64,000 nt of DNA from Hemiscyllium ocellatum (Eukaryota): contig NC_083401.1 in assembly GCF_020745735.1 (NCBI RefSeq), forward strand, positions 52,511,740 through 52,575,739, read 5' to 3'. The notes beneath the pieces are model-generated. The model worked only from the letters and a program-made list of their open reading frames with translations, did no database searches and was not told the origin of the DNA. Position 1 is the first letter of the stretch. Each line of letters starts with the position of its first letter. The translations under genes were made by a program, and so were the position numbers. Below are positions 63,919 to 64,000 of this stretch, in pieces.

Positions 63919-64000
63919 ATTCCTGATGAAGGGCTTTTGCCTGAAACATCAATTCTCCTGCTTCTCTGACGCTGCCTGACCTGCTGTGCTTTTCCAGCAC
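63919..64000 (+). mobile_element. PLE terminal repeat (family A) with hammerhead-like core, runs off the window
   Basis: CTGATGA(63923)-A-GGGC(tttt)GCCT-GAAAC-ATC. Confidence 0.8.

Noticed and set aside
1-64000. CRISPR arrays, operons or other prokaryotic systems
   Set aside because: The sequence is vertebrate repeat-rich DNA with no regularly spaced repeat-spacer array or gene-dense segment.

Overview
Eukaryotic, repeat-dominated, apparently intronic/intergenic DNA from a cartilaginous fish. HE1 SINEs with (TCTAA)n tails, shark CR1/HER1 LINEs and a SacSINE1-like DeuSINE point to a shark; bamboo/epaulette shark is an inference. No intact host protein-coding gene could be recognised, and nearly all supplied ORFs are retroelement fragments or antisense noise. 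The window is a nested graveyard of CR1 LINEs, two Rex1/Babar LINEs, an L1 5' fragment, L2 ends, a decayed Gmr1-type Gypsy LTR element (integrase upstream of RT), Penelope-like elements (PLEs) of Neptune- and Poseidon-like types, Harbinger remnants and at least four SINE families. The most striking signal is about 15 minimal type-I hammerhead ribozyme motifs (CUGANGA-N-stemII-GAAAC-GUC) of two sequence families. They lie in PLE termini and in 120-360 bp solo or fold-back mini-elements, some with their own target-site duplications. Repeat boundaries were estimated by eye and are approximate unless a TSD is cited.
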